Below the pieces are notes generated by a model. It made no database searches. It was not told the DNA's origin and saw only the letters and a list, made by a program, of their open reading frames with translations. Below, piece after piece: positions 60,135 through 64,000 of a DNA stretch of 64,000 bases. Every line of letters begins with the position of its first letter. The stretch's first letter is position 1. Position numbers and translations under genes: made by a program. The DNA comes from an uncultured Myxococcaceae bacterium (GTDB lineage: Bacteria; Myxococcota_A; Polyangia; Polyangiales; Ga0077539): NCBI GenBank assembly GCA_966211675.1, contig CBIHPK010000007.1, positions 24,086 to 88,085 on the forward strand, written 5' to 3'.

Positions 60135-60500
60135 TTGGACATCAAGAAGATCATCGCAAAGCTGCCCGCTGGCTACGCCGAGGACGCGGCGGGGATGAAC
60201 GGGGACCAGCTCCGCGCGGAGATCATCCGCGCAGAGACGTCGCTGCGCTGGGTGCAGCAGGAGATGAAGGCCGACGAGAAGCTCACCGGCGCCCGGGAGC
60301 TGATGAAGGACCTCTCGGCCGCCTACAACGAGGCCAAGAAGGCCCAGCGCGCCAAGATCGACTACTCGCTCCACGTGCTCGAAGAGCGCGGTGAGCTCGG
60401 CGTCGGCGCGCACGCCATGGACTCCGACGAGGACGCCGTCACCGGCCCTCGCCCCGCCCGCGTCGACGCCTCCAAGGCGAAGAAGTCCCGCGCCGCCTGA
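60135..60500 (+). CDS. Hypothetical 121-aa charged coiled-coil protein
   Basis: Tail of the 1006-aa antisense artefact ORF 57480..60500. A perfect AGGAGG at about 60123-60128 lies 6 nt upstream of an in-frame TTG at 60135. An ATG alternative is at 60195. Sequence: LDIKKIIAKLPAGY...QLRAEIIRAETSLRWVQQEMKADEKL...KKAQRAKIDYSLHVLEERGE. Confidence 0.5.
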   Translation: MDIKKIIAKLPAGYAEDAAGMNGDQLRAEIIRAETSLRWVQQEMKADEKLTGARELMKDLSAAYNEAKKAQRAKIDYSLHVLEERGELGVGAHAMDSDEDAVTGPRPARVDASKAKKSRAA

Positions 60501-60507
60501 GCGCCGC

Positions 60508-61941
60508 TCACCCCCCGGACGAGAGCAGCGTACGGATCCGCGCGAGCGCCCCTGGGAGCGCGCGGACCCGATACGCCGCGCCCGTCTCGTCCCAGCTCTC
60601 CTCCAGCACCCGGCACTCCCGGTGGATCTCTCCGCCGACGGCGCCCAGCGAGAAGGGCACCCGCAGCGTCGCCTCGTCCATCCCCTGCTCCAGCGTCTCC
60701 AGGATGCGCTCGCGCAGCGCGAGCACCGAGCCCCGGTCGAGCGCCGAGACCAGCACCGCGTCGGGGTACTCCAGGGCGAGGGCGTCGAGCGCGGCGCGGT
60801 CGAGCCGGTCGCGCTTGTTGAGCACCAGCATCGACGGGACCGAGCCCGCCTCGATCTCCGAGAGCACCTCGCGGGTCACGGCGTACTGGGTGCGCCACGC
60901 GGGGTCGCTCGCGTCGACCACGTGCAGCAGCAGCGTCGCCTCGCGCGCCTCGTCGAGGGTCGAGCGAAAGCTCGCGACGAGGTCGTGCGGCAGCTTCTTG
61001 ATGAACCCGACGGTGTCCGAGACCAGCACCTTCGGCCGGCTCTCGGGGGAGAGCGAGCGCACGGTGGTGTCGAGCGTCGCGAAGAGCTTGTCGGCCACGT
61101 AGACCTCGCTGCCGGTGAGCGCCCTCATCAGCGAGCTCTTGCCCGCGTTGGTGTAGCCCACGAGCGCCACCCGCAGCTGCTCCTGCCGCCGCGCCCGCCG
61201 CACGTCGCCCTCGCGCGCGAGGCTCCCGAGCTCTCGCCGCAGCTCCGCGATGCGGTCGCGGATCTTGCGCCGGTCGAGCTCCACCGCGCTCTCGCCGGAC
61301 CCTTTGCCGCCGATGCCTCCGCGCTGTCGGTCTCCGCCCGCGCCGGTCTCCCGGAGCCGCGGCGCCAGGTAGTTGAGCCGCGCGATCTCCACCTGGAGCT
61401 TCGCCTCGCGGCTCTTGGCGTGCCGGTGGAAGATCTCGACGATCACCGCGGTGCGGTCGAGCACCTGCGCGCCCGTCGCCCGCTCCAGGTTGCGCAGCTG
61501 CGACGGCCCGAGCTCATGGTCGACCACCACGAGCCCGGCCTTCTCCGCGGGGATCATCACGTCCGCCGCGTCGTCGTCCTCCGCCTCGGGGGCCTCGGGC
61601 TCCGTCGCGGTCGCCTCCGCTTCGTCCTCGTCCGGCACGTCGAGCTCCGCGGCGGACGGTCGCTCGTCGATCTTGCGGACCTTCTTCGTGGCCCCGGAGG
61701 GGACCACGCCGGTGCCGTCGGTGAAGCGCGCGAGGAGCCGGAGCTTCCCCTCGCCCAGCACCGCCGCGGCGGCGAGGTGCGAGCGCCGTTGGGTGATGGT
61801 GCCGACCACGCGGTGGCCCAACGTCTCGACGAGGCGGCCGAGCTCCTCGATGGACGATCGGTGCTCGGCGTCGTCCACGCCGGGGAGCTGGATGGCGACG
61901 AGGACGGCGGTCGAAGGCTCGTGCTGGATGACTTGTTCCAT
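60508..61941 (-). CDS. hflX: GTPase HflX
   Basis: I chose ATG M51 (MEQVIQHEPSTAVLVAIQLPG) in ORF 60508..62091. HflX N-domain ELGPSQLRNLERATG, FHRHAKSREAKLQVEIARL. G-domain VALVGYTNAGKSSLM, DTVGFI, NKRD. Confidence 0.9.
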   Translation of the reverse strand: MEQVIQHEPSTAVLVAIQLPGVDDAEHRSSIEELGRLVETLGHRVVGTITQRRSHLAAAAVLGEGKLRLLARFTDGTGVVPSGATKKVRKIDERPSAAELDVPDEDEAEATATEPEAPEAEDDDAADVMIPAEKAGLVVVDHELGPSQLRNLERATGAQVLDRTAVIVEIFHRHAKSREAKLQVEIARLNYLAPRLRETGAGGDRQRGGIGGKGSGESAVELDRRKIRDRIAELRRELGSLAREGDVRRARRQEQLRVALVGYTNAGKSSLMRALTGSEVYVADKLFATLDTTVRSLSPESRPKVLVSDTVGFIKKLPHDLVASFRSTLDEAREATLLLHVVDASDPAWRTQYAVTREVLSEIEAGSVPSMLVLNKRDRLDRAALDALALEYPDAVLVSALDRGSVLALRERILETLEQGMDEATLRVPFSLGAVGGEIHRECRVLEESWDETGAAYRVRALPGALARIRTLLSSGG

Positions 61942-62005
61942 GAGGGGGCGCGGACCGTAGCACCTTGCAGGGGCTACCGCGGTCCGGTAGAGCCCGTCGA
62001 AGCCC

Positions 62006-62707
62006 ATGAAACCCCCGATCACCGAAGCGACGGACGAGAGCCAGAGCGTGGCGCGCATCCGCGACCTCATCACCCCGATGGACATCCGCACCCGCGTGGT
62101 GGTCCTTCAGCACCCGCAGGAGCGAGACCGCGCGCTGGGCACCGTGCCCATCCTCCAGGCGATGCTCCCGCAGGTCGAGGTCATCGTCGGGCTCTCGTGG
62201 CCCTCCCTCGCCCGCCTGCTCGACGACGCCGACGCCGACGCCCTCCGCTGGGCGGTGCTCTACCCCGGCTCGCTCCCCCGGCAGCTGCAGCGCAACGAGC
62301 TGACCGCGCCGGTGCTCCGGCTCGACCGCAACGGCAACGCCCTCGGGCCGACGCCCTACCTCGAAGGCCTGCTGGTGCTCGACGGGTCGTGGTCCCAGGC
62401 CAAGACCCTCTGGTGGCGCAACCCGTGGCTCCTCAAGGTCCAGCGGCTCGTGCTGCACCCGAAGGAGCCGTCGATCTACGGCAAGCTCCGGAAGGAGCCC
62501 CGTCGGGAGGCGGTCTCGACGCTGGAGTCGGTCGCCGACGCGCTGGTGTTCAACGGCGAGCCCAGGGAGGTGCGCGACTCGCTACGGAAGGTGTTCCGCA
62601 CGATGGTGCAGCGCGCCCGCGACGAGATGAAGCAGACCCCCCTGGTCCCGGAGTCCGAGGACGACGCCTCGGATGACGAAGCGCCCCCGGAAACTGGCGG
62701 GGCGTGA
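62006..62707 (+). CDS. DTW-domain protein (tRNA-uridine aminocarboxypropyltransferase family)
   Basis: 233 aa. VVVLQHPQE, LLVLDGSWSQAKTLWWRNPWL (DTW-type motif, here DGSW), YGKLRKEPRREAVSTLESV. Confidence 0.75.
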   Translation: MKPPITEATDESQSVARIRDLITPMDIRTRVVVLQHPQERDRALGTVPILQAMLPQVEVIVGLSWPSLARLLDDADADALRWAVLYPGSLPRQLQRNELTAPVLRLDRNGNALGPTPYLEGLLVLDGSWSQAKTLWWRNPWLLKVQRLVLHPKEPSIYGKLRKEPRREAVSTLESVADALVFNGEPREVRDSLRKVFRTMVQRARDEMKQTPLVPESEDDASDDEAPPETGGA

Positions 62708-62817
62708 ACACCGGCGGGACCAAAACGTATATGGTCCCGCCCGCAATTTGGTGGGCCGCGACGTCGTGGGGAGTGTGTCTCCGGGCGCGGCCTGCCGCTC
62801 AGGAGGTCTCTGCCCAT

Positions 62818-63855
62818 ATGAACTCGGTCATCCATCGCTCGTTCGTCGGACTGTGCGCGCTCTCGGCCCTCTCCATCGGCAGCGGCTGCGCGCGCACAGC
62901 CACCTTTGCGGTCACCCGGCCGGCCATGCTCAACGCCGCGGCCGTCGGCAACACCATGTCCGTCGGAGGCATCGCGGCCCCCACGGGCATGCCGCAGGAC
63001 CTCCAGGCGGCGGGCGAGATCGTCGCCGACCTCACCGGGCGCATCAGCCGCTCGCTCAACCCCTCGATCCGTCTCCTCGCCTCGGGCGGCGGCGTCAACA
63101 TCACCGGCGCCGTGCTCGGCAACCAGTACGCCGAGAACCTCGAGCAGAACGCCGGCACCTGCACCCGCTCGGTGCCCGTCTACGTGAACGGCCAGACGCA
63201 GTACCGCTCGGAGAGCTACGCCTGCACCAACCTCCGTCGCGTCGGCACCGCGTCCGCGCGGCTGCAGTTCCAGGTGACCCACGGCACCAGCGGCGAGAGC
63301 CTCTTCGACCGCACCTACGAGGACACCGCCACCACCGCCACCACCGGCGTGATCTCGCCCTACGAGCGCCGCGACCCGCCCCCCATCGACGGCGGCTCGA
63401 TGCTCCACAACCTCCGCGCCAACCTCGTCGACCACTTCGCCCGGGTGATCCTCCCGTGGCAGGAGTCGGTCACCGTGGAGTTCGAGGACTGCAACGGCGA
63501 CGCTCGCTGCCGCCAGGGCTACGACCTCGTGCAGGCGGGCAACCTCGCGGGCGCCGAGCCGCTGTTCACCCAGGTCATCGGGCCGTACCAGAACGCCACC
63601 ATGCCGGTCCCGCCCAACGAGGCGGAGAAGGTCGGCGAGGCGTTCTACAACCGCGGGCTGACCCGCTCGTACCTGGGCCAGTACGCGCGCGCCGTGGCCG
63701 ACCTCACGCGCGCCATCCAGATCCGCCCCGACGAGAGCGACTGGCAGCAGGAGCTTCAGTCCGCCCAGCAGATGGCCCACGACCAGGAGGCCCTCCGTCA
63801 GCAGGGCGCCGTCGCCAACGAGACGCAGAACGTCCAGAACGCGGGGACTCCGTGA
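62818..63855 (+). CDS. Lipoprotein with a C-terminal TPR-like unit
   Basis: I chose ATG M39 (MNSVIHRSFVGLCALSALSIGSGC) in ORF 62704..63855, with AGGAGG about 12 nt upstream. TPR-like EAFYNRGLTRSYLGQYARAVADLTRAIQIRPDE. Confidence 0.6.
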   Translation: MNSVIHRSFVGLCALSALSIGSGCARTATFAVTRPAMLNAAAVGNTMSVGGIAAPTGMPQDLQAAGEIVADLTGRISRSLNPSIRLLASGGGVNITGAVLGNQYAENLEQNAGTCTRSVPVYVNGQTQYRSESYACTNLRRVGTASARLQFQVTHGTSGESLFDRTYEDTATTATTGVISPYERRDPPPIDGGSMLHNLRANLVDHFARVILPWQESVTVEFEDCNGDARCRQGYDLVQAGNLAGAEPLFTQVIGPYQNATMPVPPNEAEKVGEAFYNRGLTRSYLGQYARAVADLTRAIQIRPDESDWQQELQSAQQMAHDQEALRQQGAVANETQNVQNAGTP

Positions 63856-64000
63856 CAGCCCGACGCGTCGCGCGCTGGTCCATCGGGGCCGCGCTCTGCG
63901 TCGCCGGGGCGAGCGCGCTCTGGTCGTGCCAGTCGATGGGCGGCTCGCAGCGCGTCGACCCGAACGCCCTCGCGCAGCAGAACAGCGCGTTCTTCCAGGA
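63852..64000 (+). CDS. Putative lipoprotein, 5' part only (runs off the window end)
   Basis: GTG overlaps the previous stop (GTGA). My translation is MTARRVARWSIGAALCVAGASALWSC, a signal peptide plus lipobox. Not in the ORF track because it is open at the edge. Confidence 0.4.
   Translation, partial: MTARRVARWSIGAALCVAGASALWSCQSMGGSQRVDPNALAQQNSAFFQ

Overview
This is a very GC-rich chromosomal segment (roughly 70% or more by eye, not computed). The gene content includes several Ser/Thr kinases, a sigma-54 enhancer-binding response regulator, dense lipoprotein genes, T6SS parts and a GldG-type ABC-2 transporter. That content suggests Myxococcota, which is inference only. I call about 56 protein-coding genes. 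I see no rRNA, tRNA, CRISPR array, transposase or integrase. GC3 is extreme, so most long ORFs in the six-frame track are antisense or out-of-frame artefacts. I accepted an ORF only if it had recognisable family motifs, a signal peptide or lipobox, or tight operon coupling. Gene coordinates come from ORF-track arithmetic. Hand-counted motif coordinates may be off by 1-2 nt. Housekeeping genes: ettA (partial), acnA, a stand-alone lysine-ketoglutarate reductase, yhhQ, argJ, thiolase, 3-hydroxyacyl-CoA dehydrogenase, gloA, an rluA-family gene, thiD, hrpB, hflX and a DTW-domain gene. Observations worth a second look: (1) an isolated tssF-tssG-tssH(clpV) block with no tssE or other T6SS core gene in the window, followed directly by thiD; (2) a Tat-signal protein that aligns by eye with the FAM20/Four-jointed secretory kinase family; (3) an orphan RecT/Bet-type annealing protein with no exonuclease or prophage context; (4) two back-to-back sigma-54 -24/-12 promoter candidates with a 13-bp direct repeat between them; (5) a tail-anchored pseudokinase; (6) a trio of Flp/TadE-like prepilin, VWA lipoprotein and small Cys lipoprotein; (7) a gloA-lipoprotein-STAND-like NTPase operon; (8) a lipoprotein-rich stretch at 49-57 kb containing a C-x3-C-x3-C array protein and an atypical Rieske lipoprotein. 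None of these can be confirmed without database searches. I see no single clearly novel multi-gene system, and the scores reflect that.
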